The notes under the pieces were generated by a model. That model was not told the origin of the DNA. It saw only the letters and a program-made list of their open reading frames with translations, and searched no databases. This document shows, in pieces, positions 1 to 23,806 of a DNA stretch of 64,000 nt. Within the stretch, counting starts at the first letter, position 1, and each line of letters starts with the position of its first letter. This stretch comes from Eledone cirrhosa. Its lineage: Eukaryota. Position numbers and translations under genes: made by a program. Where the stretch lies: assembly GCA_964016885.1 (NCBI GenBank), contig OZ024740.1, positions 424,018,001-424,082,000 on the forward strand. Direction: 5' to 3'.

Positions 1-12435
<12,435 letters not shown>

Positions 12436-15400
12436 TCATCATCATCATTTTACGTCCGCTTTTCCCTGCTTGCAAGGGTGGGACGGGTCTTATTCAGCAC
12501 AGCATCTCTCCACTCGTCACGGTCCCTCGTCATCTCCACCGTGAGCTTCAATGATCTGAGGTCTGTTCTCACCACCTCCGCCCATGTTTTTCGTGGTCTA
12601 CCTCTACCACGTCTTCCTTCAACTGGCATTTCCTGGCACTTCTTCACCCATCGGTCATCCTCCATGCGCATCACATGTCCATACCACCTCAGTCTCCTCT
12701 CCCGTACACTACATTCTATCCCTCTCAGACACAGTTTCTCTCTCAACACATTTATGCTGGGTTGTTCACGCACATTTACACTGCACATCCAACGGAGCAT
12801 GCTTGCCTCATTTCTCTCCAGCCGTCGCATATCCTCTGCGGTTGCTGCCCATGTCTCACTACCATGCAGCATCGCGCTCCTCACACAGGCATCATACAAC
12901 CGGCCTTTCGTACGCAGGGAGAAACCCTTCTTCGTCAACAGAGGAAGCAGCTCCCTAAACTTCTTCCAACCCGTCCTTATTCTAGATACTATGGCCTCGG
13001 AACACCTTCCTCCCATGCTAATCTGATCTCCTAGGTACCGGAAGCTATCCACCACTTCTATAGCGCCCTCTCGCATTTGAAAAATGTGTCTATCAGTGCG
13101 ACTTCTACTGTCTAATTTCCCTGTACATCTACTGCATACATATTTCTTCCTACCTGTTAGTTTGCCTGCTATCCCGCTACATCTCTTGTGTACCCAGGAC
13201 CTGCATTGTGTGCATTTTATAGAGTATAGAATTTATGCCAGTTCCTTTTTTGCATATCGAACATGGCCATTTCTCTGACGGAATCTGTGTTTTGTCCTCT
13301 TTTCTACTCATCAACACTTTTGTCTTAGCTAGATTTACTCTCAGTCCTCTTGCTTCCAACTGCTGTTTCCATAGCCGGAATTTATTCTCTAGCTCCTCTA
13401 CTGATTCTGCTATAAGAGCCAGATCGTCAGCATAGAGAAGTTCCCATGGACAGCCAGTCTTAAACTCCTCTGTTATGGCTTGGAGGACTATAATGAACAA
13501 GAGCGGGCTGAGGACCGAACCCTGATGTACTCCTACTTGTATCTGGAATTCCTCACTAAACTCCATTCCTACCCTGACTTTACTGAGAGTACCTCTGTAC
13601 AAAGTTTGCACTGTCCTCACAAGCCATTCCTCAACACCTAGCTTCCTTAGGGACCACCAGATGACAGATCGGGGTACCCTATCAAAGGCCTTCTCTAGGT
13701 CAACAAAGGCTAAGTATAGTGGCTTATTCTTCTCTAAGAACCTCTCTTGCATTTGTCTCACCAAGAAGAGGGCATCTGTTGTACTCTTCCCAGGCACAAA
13801 ACGAAACTGCATCTCATCTAGTTTGACCCTTTCTCTAATTAGTTGTGCTAAAATCCTTTCTGCCACTTTCATAACCTGATCTATCAGTTTTATACCCCTA
13901 TAATTGCTCCTCTCCAAAGCATCCCCTTTACCTTAGTAGCAATTTATGAGAATACTGCTGCACCAGTCTTTGGGTATGACACCACCATATATAGCCTGAT
14001 TGATTATGCGTGCAACCAGTTTAGTGCCTACGTCCCCTGATGCCTTCAGCATCTCAGCAACTATTCCCGATGGTCCGGCCTCCTTACCATTTTTCATTTC
14101 CCTAATCGCCTCTTGGACCCTATATTCGTCAATCTCAATAGCTGGTCCCTCTGTCGGATCTACCAAGGGTAATTTCTCTCTCTCCCATTCGTTCTCCACA
14201 TTCATCAGTCTCTCATAATGACATTTCCAGACCTCCTTTTTCTGGTCATTTGTGACACTAAGTACACCGGCATCATCCCGGACACATTTATCTTCAACAA
14301 CATCCTGATTTGCATTGACACACTGCCTTGCAATGTGGAACACCGCACGCCTCTGATCTTCCCGTCGCAGAACATTGGCAAACCTTCTACTCTCTGCCTC
14401 CCTGCGTGCTAAGTACACCTGACGTCTAGCTTCTCTCTTAGTGGCTGTATATTCTTCCCTACTCCCACCCTTTTTCCAAGCCTTCCATGCTAGTCTTTTG
14501 TCTCTAATAGCCTTATCTACTGTGCTGTTCCACCACCAGGTCACTCTCTGTCTGGTTGGAGCTCTGCTCCAGCCACAGGTTTCATCAGTAGCCTGCAGCA
14601 AGTTGTCACGTAAGAACTTCCAGTTATTATCTATGTCATACGTCTCTAAATCGTCTTCTTTTTCGTCATATACATCTTGAAGGGCTTTCCTAAATTTGAA
14701 TTTTAGTGAAAGGTCTTTTAGCTTCCAGACCTTTCTTCTCCACACCTTCCTATATGTCTCATTCCATCTCATGCTTACTGAGATATCACTAACAACTAAC
14801 CTATGCTGTGGGGTACATTCTTCCCCAGGGTATGCCTTGGTATTAGACACTATCTGCCTGTCCCGCTGCCTAACTAGCAGGAAGTCAATCTGGCTTATGT
14901 GCTCACCAGATTTGTAGGTTATTAGGTGATTGGCAGGTTTCTGGAAGTTTGTGTTGCAAATAGTCAATGTACTTGCATCACAAAATTCAAGAAGTCTCAC
15001 TCCTTCTTCATTTCTTGAACCGTAACCGTGCCCACCATGTACCCCAGTGTAACCATCCTGGAGCTGTCCAACATGACCATTGAAGTCTCCTGCTAGCATA
15101 ACGATGTCTCCGTCCTCTGTCATTGTGGTTGTTTGCAAAAGTTGCTCATAAAAGCAGTCTTTCTCATCTTTGCCTAGGCCTGCTTGGGGAGCATAGACCG
15201 AGATGATTGTCAGTAGTCTCCTACCTACAACTAATCTAAGCTTAATTATTCGATTACTAACTCGAACTACCTCTATTGTCTTATTGATCCATTTCTCAGC
15301 CAGGAAAATGCCTATTCCCCCTAACCCATCATCCTTACCTATCCAGAATAGCTTATAGCTAAGACGCTTGCCTACGACTAGTCTCACAGAGGCACCTCTC

Positions 15401-15690
15401 CATCTCACCTCTTGCACGCAGCACACATCCACCTGCCTTCTCTCCAGCATCTCCGCTATTTCAGCAGATCTACCTCTGAGAGTGCCAACGTTAAGTGTTG
15501 CAACTCTGAGATGCGACGTCTTCATATTTTTCTATGCTGTTTTGTTGCTGTGCTGATAAGCTTTTTGGCATTGATACACTGGTTGGATGCCCTTCCCAGC
15601 ATGGACTGGGTGCTTTTATTTGGCCACCAGCACTAGAGAGGATGTCTTACTAGACTCAAGGGCCCTCTCTACCCCTCCATTTTACAGCAT
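12436..15690 (-). mobile_element. RTE-clade LINE, family A, copy A1, apparently full-length (5' end may extend to about 16419)
   Basis: APE endonuclease (TLNVGTL, VQEVRW, GDFNGH, SQIDF, QHRLV) plus RT ([25 protein letters not shown]) and RTE C-terminus ([18 protein letters not shown]). (ATG)n tail at 12436-12448. 5'UTR motif GGAAGGGCATCCA near 15585-15597. Confidence 0.95.
12450..15525 (-). pseudogene. RTE APE-RT ORF (about 1020 aa when repaired) broken by one nonsense codon and one frameshift
   Basis: Compared with copy A2: AAA>TAA at 13933-13935 (in frame with the next ORF) and a 7-nt tandem duplication (ttctata/ctctata) at about 13218-13231. Confidence 0.92.
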
Positions 15691-15699
15691 GGTCATTAA

Positions 15700-16419
15700 A
15701 AAAAAAAATAAAAAAAACAACTTATTGACACGACTCACACACCAATACTCATGCATACAAACCACAACCACACATACCAACACTCATTCATGCATACAAT
15801 CACACACACCACTCACAAACACATATATATATACATATATTACCGACAGTACTGATACAAAATCAAAATCAAAATCGTCAAAATCACTATCATGTCAACT
15901 GTTGACCTTTCCCAGTCCAGTTCCGCTTGTATATAATAACAATAACAATAATAATTGTTTGCTTTACGCTGGTAATGGCGGTGGTGGATGGTGTCAGTGT
16001 GGTGGTGGTGGTTGGTCAGTGATGGTGGTGGCATTTGTTGGTGCTGTAGTTGTTATTGTAGTTGTCGTTGTTGCTGTTGTTGTTGTCCTTCATTTCACTG
16101 CTGCTGTTGCTGCAGACAATGGTGTTGATGCTGTTATTGCTGTCGCATATATACAAATACATACACACACACACATTCAACACAGACGATGGTGTTGTTG
16201 CTGTTGTTGTTGTTGTTGCTGCTGTTGTTGTTGTAGTTGTTGGTGTGTTGAAATCTGGTCGCATCCACTGAGATATACATATACACATATGTATATACAC
16301 ATACATACATCAAAAGAGAGTCAGCAGTATGTCAACAGGGGACAGAACAGCGACCTTAGAGTAATGTGGTGATGGTGGGGGGGGGGGGGGGTGTAGTCGT
16401 TATTGTTATTGTGGTGGCG
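15700..16419. repeat. Low-complexity CA/GTT/GCT/GGT and poly-G region, possibly the 5'UTR of A1
   Basis: Mixed simple repeats lying between the A1 5'UTR motif and the next (TA)n tract. Confidence 0.6.
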
Positions 16420-16479
16420 TATATATGGTATATATATATATATATAGTATATATATATATATATATAGTATATATATAT

Positions 16480-16689
16480 TAGAAAGTGAGGTATTTTTTA
16501 CAAAATGAAAAATAACCAAGGTGTCCTACACTAGTGAAAGTATAAAGAAAAAGAGATGAAATCGAAAATGCAACTGAAGTCTTATTTAAAAAAAAAATAT
16601 ATATATTTATTTGGTTCCTTTACCTGTTTCGCAGTTCTTCTGCTTTTCAAAAGGTGAGTTGAGATGGAGGGTCTGTGGTTTTTCTCACA
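16480..16689 (-). mobile_element. Penelope-like terminal-repeat fragment with a decayed hammerhead motif
   Basis: Minus strand reads cctt-TTGAAAA-gcag-aagaa-ctgc-GAAA-cagg-TA-aagg (16617-16654), then AATAAA. Ends ...ttctaata into (TA)n. Confidence 0.5.
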
Positions 16690-16709
16690 TATATATATAT
16701 ATATATATA

Positions 16710-16757
<48 letters not shown>

Positions 16758-16871
16758 TATATATATATATATATATATATATGGTATATATATATATGGT
16801 ATATATATATATATATATATGGTATATATATATATGGTATATATATATATATATATGGTATATATATATAT

Positions 16872-16900
<29 letters not shown>

Positions 16901-16904
<4 letters not shown>

Positions 16905-18923
16905 GGTTGTTCCGAAGGAATGGCGTAGCAGCATCATCGTTAACTGCTATAAGGGAAAAGGAGATGCCCTAGATAGGAGTAACTATAGAGGCATTAAATT
17001 AATCGACCAGGTCATGAAGGTCACGGAAAAAGTAATAGCGCAACTAATCAGAGAGAGAATTGATCTAGATGAAATGCAGTTCGGGTTTGTGTCAGGCAAA
17101 AGTACCACAGACGCTCTTTTCATTGTACGACAACTACAGGAGAAGTACCTAGCTAAAAGTAAACCCCTATACTTAGCTTTTGTCGACTTGGAGAAAGCCT
17201 TCGACAGAGTCCCCCGTTCCATTATCTGGTGGTCTCTTAGAAAACTAGGTGTTGACGAATGGCTTGTGAGAGCTATACAAGCCATGTATAAAGAAACAGT
17301 CAGTAAGGTTAGAATTAACAACGAATATAGTGAAGAGTTTAGCGTAAAAGTTGGTGTCCATCAGGGCTCTGTACTTAGCCCCCTACTATTTATTATTGCC
17401 CTTCAGGCTATAACAGAGGAGTTCAAGACCGGCTGCCCATGGGAACTCCTATACGCAGATGATCTAACGCTCATAGCTGAATCAATGACCGAACTAGAGA
17501 AGAAATTCCAAACGTGGAAGCACGGCCTAGAATCAAAAGGCCTTAAAATTAACCTGGCTAAGACTAAAGTTCTAGTTTGTAGGAAAGAAAATAAGGCGGC
17601 GGTCCCATCGGGGAAATGGCCATGCTCAGTGTGTAGGAAAGGCGTAGGTAGAAACTCCATTTTATGTCCCAAATGCAAAGTATGGGTGCATAAAAGATGT
17701 AGTGGGATCACAGGTAAGCTAACTAAGAACATAGATTTTACATGTGGCCGGTGCTCTGGTGCAATAAGTAGCAGCAAGTGCCCACAAAATACTAGCTCCT
17801 TCAACTGCGCAGAGGGTTCTATAGAAATAGTGGATAGCTTCCGTTATCTGGGTGACAAAATCAGCAGTGGGGGAGGGTGCTCTGAAAGTACAGTAGCTAG
17901 AGTCAGAACTGGATGGAAAAAGTTCAGAGAGCTTATACCACTATTAGCCGCTAGAGGGTTCTCCCTAAAAATGAAAGGCAGGTTATACGATGCCTGCATA
18001 CGAACAGCAATGCTGCATGGCAGTGAGACCTGGGCATTGTGTGCAGAGGATATACGCAGACTAGAGAGGAACGAAGCTTGCATGCTCCGCTGGATGTGCA
18101 ATAGTAATATACGTGAACGGCAAAGCATAAACGAACTAAGGAAAAAATTAGAAATAAGAGGGATCAGATGTTGTTTACTCGAGAGAAGGCTACGTTGGTA
18201 CGGTCACGTGATGCGCATGAAAGACGACAGCTGTATAACAAAGTGCAGGGCAATAAAGATAGACGGTAGCCACGGAGTAGGCAGACCCAGAAAAACATGG
18301 GACGAGCTGATAATTTCCGACCTCACACGCTTACACCTCTCCAAGACAATGTCACTGGACCGAGACCTTTGGCGGTACTCAGTAATAGAGAAGACCCGCC
18401 TTACCTAAATACAAAGTAAAAACCTACTACAGTCAGTAGGCACCTCTATCAAAACACACCCCCGTCCCACCACCTCCACCTCCACCCCACCCACACCGCC
18501 CCTTTCAATGTAAAGTTATGTTGGCCCCACAACATCCAGGCCGAAACAAATGAGATCGTGTAGGTGTCACGACAAAAAACACACAGTCCACGCTGTAAAT
18601 GTGGCCGTGTAGGCAACACGGTAAAAACCTCCCGGCCCCACACTGTAAATGTGGTTGGTGTTAGGAAGGGCATCCAGCTGTAGAAAACCCGCCAGACAGT
18701 CCACGCTGTAATGTGGCCGTGTAGGCAACACGGTAAAAACCTCCCAGCCCCACACTGTAAATGTGGTTGGTGTTAGGAAGGGCATCCAACTGTAGAAAAC
18801 CCGCCAGACAGTCCTATGCGAGCAAGACAACCACTCTTGCCTCAAGTGGGAAAACCCCCGTCCAAACCCATGCAAGCGTGGAACACGGACGCTAAACCTG
18901 ATGATGATGATGATGATGATGAT
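16901..18923 (+). mobile_element. RTE LINE family B, copy B1, 5'-truncated (RT + PHD + C-terminus open to 18408, 3'UTR, (GAT)n tail)
   Basis: ORF 16819..18408 from GVVPKEW onward. 3'UTR carries a tandem duplication of about 113 bp (18583-18814). Both flanks are (TA)n. Confidence 0.96.
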
Positions 18924-18928
18924 ATATA

Positions 18929-18970
<42 letters not shown>

Positions 18971-18994
18971 TATATATATATGGTATATATATAT

Positions 18995-19027
<33 letters not shown>

Positions 19028-19044
19028 TATGTATATATATATAG

Positions 19045-19075
<31 letters not shown>

Positions 19076-19139
19076 TATATATATAGTATATATATATATA
19101 TGCTATGTATATATATATATAGTATATATATATATATGC

Positions 19140-19214
<75 letters not shown>

Positions 19215-19239
19215 GTATATATATATATATATAGTATAT

Positions 19240-21030
19240 ATCATCATCATCATCATCATCATTAACGTTTAACGTCCGTGTTCCACGCTTGCATGGGTTT
19301 GGACGGGGGTTTTCCCACTTGAGGCAAGAGTGATTGTCTTGCTCGCATAGGACTGTCTGGCAGGTTTTCTACAGTTGGATGCCCTTCCTAACACCAACCA
19401 CATTTACAGTGTGGGTCTGGGAGGTTTTTACTGTGTTGCCTACATGGCCACATTACAGCGTGGACTGTGTTTTTTTGTCGTGACACCTACACGATCTCAT
19501 TTGTTTCGGCCTGGATGGTGTGGCACCAACATAACTTTACATAGAAGGGGGCGGTGTGGATGGGGTGGGGGTGGTGGGACGGGGGTGTATTTTGTTAGAG
19601 ATGCCTACTGACTGTAGTAGGTTTTACTTTGTATTTAGGTAAGGCGGGTCTTCTCTATTACTGAGTACCGCCAAAGGTCTCGGTCCAGTGACATTGTCTT
19701 GGTGAGGTGTAAGTGTGTGAGGTCGGAGTTTATCAGCTCGTCCCAGGTTTTTCTGGGTCTGCCTATTCCGTGGCTACCGTCTATCTTTATTGCCCTGCAC
19801 TTTGTTATACAGCTTTCGTCCTTCATGCGCATCACATGACCATACCAACGTAGCCTTCTCTCTAGTAAACAACATCTGATCCCTCTTATTTCTAATTTTT
19901 TCCTTAGTTCGTTCATGCTTTGTCGTTCACGTATATTACTATTACACATCCAGCGGAGAATGCAAGCTTCGTTTCTCTCTAGTCTGCGTATATCCTCTGC
20001 ACACAATGCCCAGGTCTCACTGCCATGCAACATTGCTGTTCGTATGCAGGCATCGTACAGCCTGCCTTTCATTTTTAGGGAGAACCCTTTAGCGGCTAAT
20101 AGTGGTATAAGCTCTCTGAACTTTTTCCACCCAGTTCTGACTCTAGCTACTGTACTTTCAGAGCACCCTCCCCCACTGCTGATTTTGTCACCCAGGTAAC
20201 GGAAGCTGTCCACTATTTCTATAGAACCCTCTGCGCAGTTGAAAAAGGTAGTATTTGGTGGGCACTTGCTGCTACTTATTGCCCCAGAACACCGGCCACA
20301 TGTAAAATCTATGTTCTTAGTTAGCTTACCTGTGATCCCACTACATCTTTTATGCACCCAAACTTTGCATTTGGGACACAAAATGGAATTTCTACCTACG
20401 CCTTTCCTACACTCTGCGCATGGCCACTTCCCGGAGGGGACCGCCGCCTTATTTTCTTTCTTACAAACTAGAACTTTAGTCTTAGCCAGGTTAATTTTAA
20501 GGCCTTTTGATTCTAGGCCGTGCTTCCATGTTTGGAATTTCTTCTCTAGCTCGGCCATTGATTCAGCTATGAGCGTTAGATCATCTGCGTATAGGAGTTC
20601 CCATGGGCAGCCTGTCTTGAACTCCACTGTTATAGCCTGGAGGGCAATAATAAATAGTAGGGGGCTAAGAACAGAGCCCTGATGAACACCAACTTTTACA
20701 CTAAACTCTTCACTATATTCGTTGTTAATTCTAATCTTGCTGACTGTTTCTTTATACATGGCTTGTATAGCTCTCACAAGCCATTCATCAACACCTAGTT
20801 TTCTAAGAGCCCACCAGATAATGGAACGGGGGACTCTGTCGAAGGCCTTCTCCAAGTCGACGAAAGCTAGGTATAGGGGCTTACTTTTAGCTAGGTACTT
20901 CTCCTGTAGTTGTCGTACAATGAAAAGTGCGTCTGTGGTACTTTTTCCTGACACAAACCCGAACTGCATTTCATCTAGATCAATTCGCTCTCTGATTAGT
21001 TGCGCTATTACTTTTTCCGTGACCTTCATG
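19240..21030 (-). mobile_element. RTE LINE family B, copy B2, 5'-truncated
   Basis: ORF 19635..21030 (MKVTEKV...KTRLT). (CAT)n at 19240-19262. Same 3'UTR as B1. Confidence 0.96.
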
Positions 21031-21077
21031 TATATATATATATGGTATATATATATATATATATGGTATATATATAT

Positions 21078-21636
21078 GGAATGTTTAGCAGTATTAGTTA
21101 TAGATGTTATCGCCACTTTAGCGGGGTGGTAGAATCAGTGGTCGTTAGTTGCCAGTGTGGTAAGTGATAGTATCCTCGTTGGATTATCTTGTTGACATAG
21201 ACGTGAGGGAAGGTCCCTCGATCTATTTACCATCTATTTACAATATTCCTTTCGTCAGGTCGCCAATTCCAGCAGCATGGATTAAAGATGTTATTGAGAC
21301 ACGAGTAACATAATAACGACTTCAACCGCAGTAATTAGAGATGAAATGTTTGTTTATTTATATGGTTGAAGTTACAGATAAAAAGAGGTTACAAAAGGGA
21401 ATGTGCCATTGCGCCGTTAAGCCGGCGAGGCTAGGGGTGCAATATCTCACTGCTACATTATGCGTGTTGCTGGCTCGAAGTTTCTGGTACAAGAGCGAGA
21501 TTCTTCAAATCTTCGCGGTGAATTTCTTCCTCAGGGCGCGTAGGGATACATCCTCTTCTACTGGCGCTGATTGGCTGAACTGAGCCAAATCACGCACCGA
21601 GAATGTATGTGAGCCCGCGGAATGTAGGTCACTACA
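21078..21636. mobile_element. Unclassified CpG-rich insert, possibly a solo LTR
   Basis: About 555 bp bounded by TGT (21082) and CACTACA (21636). TATAAATAAA on the minus strand near 21354-21363. Embedded in (TA)n. No clear TSD. Confidence 0.35.
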
Positions 21637-21705
21637 TATGTGTATATATATATATATATATATGGTATGTATATATATATATATATATATAGTATATATA
21701 TATAT

Positions 21706-21750
<45 letters not shown>

Positions 21751-21881
21751 ATACTTTGGGAGGGTCATGTTGCCAATAAGAAACAGACGCACCAGTTGCT
21801 TTCACTTCAATTTATTAATTATAAATTTATAAATTTCTGGTTGGTTGGTTGGTTCCACAACCAGATAGTTGTTTATATATT

Positions 21882-21924
21882 GTCATATTTCTTTCGTCAC
21901 ACGCTCTGTGACCTCTTCAGTGAC
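21882..21924 (-). ncRNA. Minimal type I hammerhead ribozyme motif (inverted pLTR arm of PLE1)
   Basis: gtca-CTGAAGA-g-gtcaca-gagcg-tgtgac-GAAA-gaaa-TA-tgac. Confidence 0.65.
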
Positions 21925-22317
21925 TGGGGATTCCTTACTTTGTTTCTGTGCCTCCCCTTTGTTCTGTCCTACGCCATTTTGTTTCTGTGTGTGTGTTGTG
22001 TGCTCAGAAAAGACGCAATGTTTAGACGAATTACAGAGGCAATAAACATAAAAGAATTACAACCAAAATTAAATAGAAAATATGAGTGGAACCGCAACAT
22101 CACAACTTACAATTAAGGACAAAATGAAAACACACACACACATAGAACAAACAACCAACCAGTAACATGTAATTAAACAAATAAATAAATAAACATAAAC
22201 ACACACAGACACCCGGATGTGGTGCATGCGCAGACTGAGCACACAACACACACACAGAAACAAAATGGCGTAGGACAGAACAAAGGAGAGGCACAGAAAC
22301 AAAGAAAGGAATCCCCA

Positions 22318-22360
22318 GTCACTGAAGAGGTCACAGAGTGTGTGACGAAAGAACTATGAC
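22318..22360 (+). ncRNA. Minimal type I hammerhead ribozyme motif (PLE1 pLTR)
   Basis: gtca-CTGAAGA-g-gtcaca-gagtg-tgtgac-GAAA-gaac-TA-tgac: 4-bp stem I, 6-bp stem II, 2-bp stem III. Confidence 0.75.
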
Positions 22361-22584
22361 AATATATAAACAACTATCTAGTTGTGGAACCAACCAACCA
22401 ACCAGAAATTTATAAATTTATAAATTTATTATAATAAATTGAAGTGGAAGCAACTGGTGCGTGTGTTTCTTATTGGCAACATGACCCTCCCAAAGTATAA
22501 CAATATCGGTTTCAACACACGATTTCAGATAAAGAATCTTGGTAAACAAATTCAGAAACGAAATATATATATATATATATATAT

Positions 22585-22976
22585 GAAACTTGGACACTAA
22601 CATCACAACTTGAGAGGAGATTGGATGGCACATATACCCGCCTCTTAATGTGAGTGCAAAACCTATCCTGGAAACGACATCCCACCTTGTCTAAAATCTA
22701 TGGCAAACTCCCTCGAGCCTCTGCCCTTCTAAAATCCCGGAGAGCTCAATTTGCTGGCCACTGTCACCGTGCCAGCAATGAAATCATATCCGCTCTCTTG
22801 CTCTGGAACCCTGACTAGGAGTAGGAAGCTGTCATTCCCTGACGTTATCTCTAGGGATACGGGAATCAGTAGACAGGACCTGGTGGCAGCGATGGGGGAC
22901 AGGGAATTCTGGGGCATGAGAGTGAGATCCATCATCTCGACAGTAGTCGACGAATGAAGATGATGATGATGATGAT
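22585..22976 (+). mobile_element. RTE-type LINE family D, degenerate 3' fragment with (GAT)n tail
   Basis: Manual translation ETWTLTSQLERRLDGTYTRLLM*VQNLSWKRHPTLSKIYGKLP...RRAQFAGHCHR; after a frameshift FPDVISRDTG...AMGDREFW. Confidence 0.85.
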
Positions 22977-22987
22977 ATATATACTAT

Positions 22988-23100
22988 ATCATCGTCATTT
23001 CATTTTACGTCCGCTTTTTCCCTGCTTGCAAGGGTGGGACGGGAACTGATTCTGGCTTGATTTCTAACCAATGGTCTAACCACTGAGCCATGTGCCTCCA
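22988..23100 (-). mobile_element. Internally deleted mini-SINE (A-box head fused to the RTE-A-type tail)
   Basis: Minus strand GGAGGCACATGGCTCAGTGGTTAGACCATTGGT joins directly to TAGAAATCAAGCCAGAATCAGTTCCCGTCCCACCCTTGCAAGC... Confidence 0.85.
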
Positions 23101-23128
23101 TATATATATATGCTATATATATATATAC

Positions 23129-23153
<25 letters not shown>

Positions 23154-23159
<6 letters not shown>

Positions 23160-23746
23160 ATGAAAGTCAATAGCTGTATAACAAAGTGCAGGGCAATAAA
23201 GATAGACGGTAGTCACGGAATAGGCAGACCTAGAAAAACCTGGGACGAGCTGATAAACTCCGACATCACACACTTACACCTCTCCAAGACAATGTCACTG
23301 GACCGAGACTTTTGGCGGTACTCAGTAACAGAGAAGACCCGCCTTACCTAAATATATAGTAAAACCTACTCCAGCCAGTAGGCATCTCTAACAAAATACA
23401 CCCCGTCCCACCACCACCACCCCCACCCCATCCACACCACCCCGTTCTATGTAAAGTTATGTTGGTGCCGCGCCATCCAGGCCGAAACAAATGAGATCGT
23501 GTAGGTGTCACGACAAAAAAACACACAGTACACGCTGTAATGTGGCCGTGTAGGTAACACGGTAAAAACCTCCCAGTCCACACTGTAAACGTGGTTGGTT
23601 TTAGGAAGGGCATCCAACTGTAGAAAACCTGCCAGACAGTCCTATGCGAGCAAGACAATCACTCTTGCCTCAAGTGGGACTACCCCCGTCCAAACCCATG
23701 CAAGCGTGGAACACGGACGTTAAACGTTGATGATGATGATGATGAT
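23154..23746 (+). mobile_element. RTE family B, short 3' fragment (B3)
   Basis: MRMKVNSC...KTRLT* (23154-23351), then 3'UTR and (GAT)n. Confidence 0.95.
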
Positions 23747-23774
23747 ACATATGCATACATATATATACATATAC

Positions 23775-23806
<32 letters not shown>

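Larger units (their letters stand above)
21744..22563 (+). mobile_element. Penelope-like element PLE1: 5'-truncated GIY-YIG end, 3' pseudo-LTR and an inverted pLTR copy
   Basis: Inverted repeats 21744-22007 / 22235-22505. Between them KDAMFRRITEAINIKELQPKLNRKYEW (22008-22116), the typical GIY-YIG C-terminus. A hammerhead motif is present in both arms. Confidence 0.85.

Noticed and set aside
12478-13026. Antisense ORFs recurring over RTE copies (for example [11 protein letters not shown]..., [10 protein letters not shown]...)
   Set aside because: Shadow frames of the RT ORF. They recur only because the copies are young.
15587-16372. 261-aa Val/Cys-rich ORF
   Set aside because: Built from GTT/GCT/CA simple repeats, with no recognisable domain.
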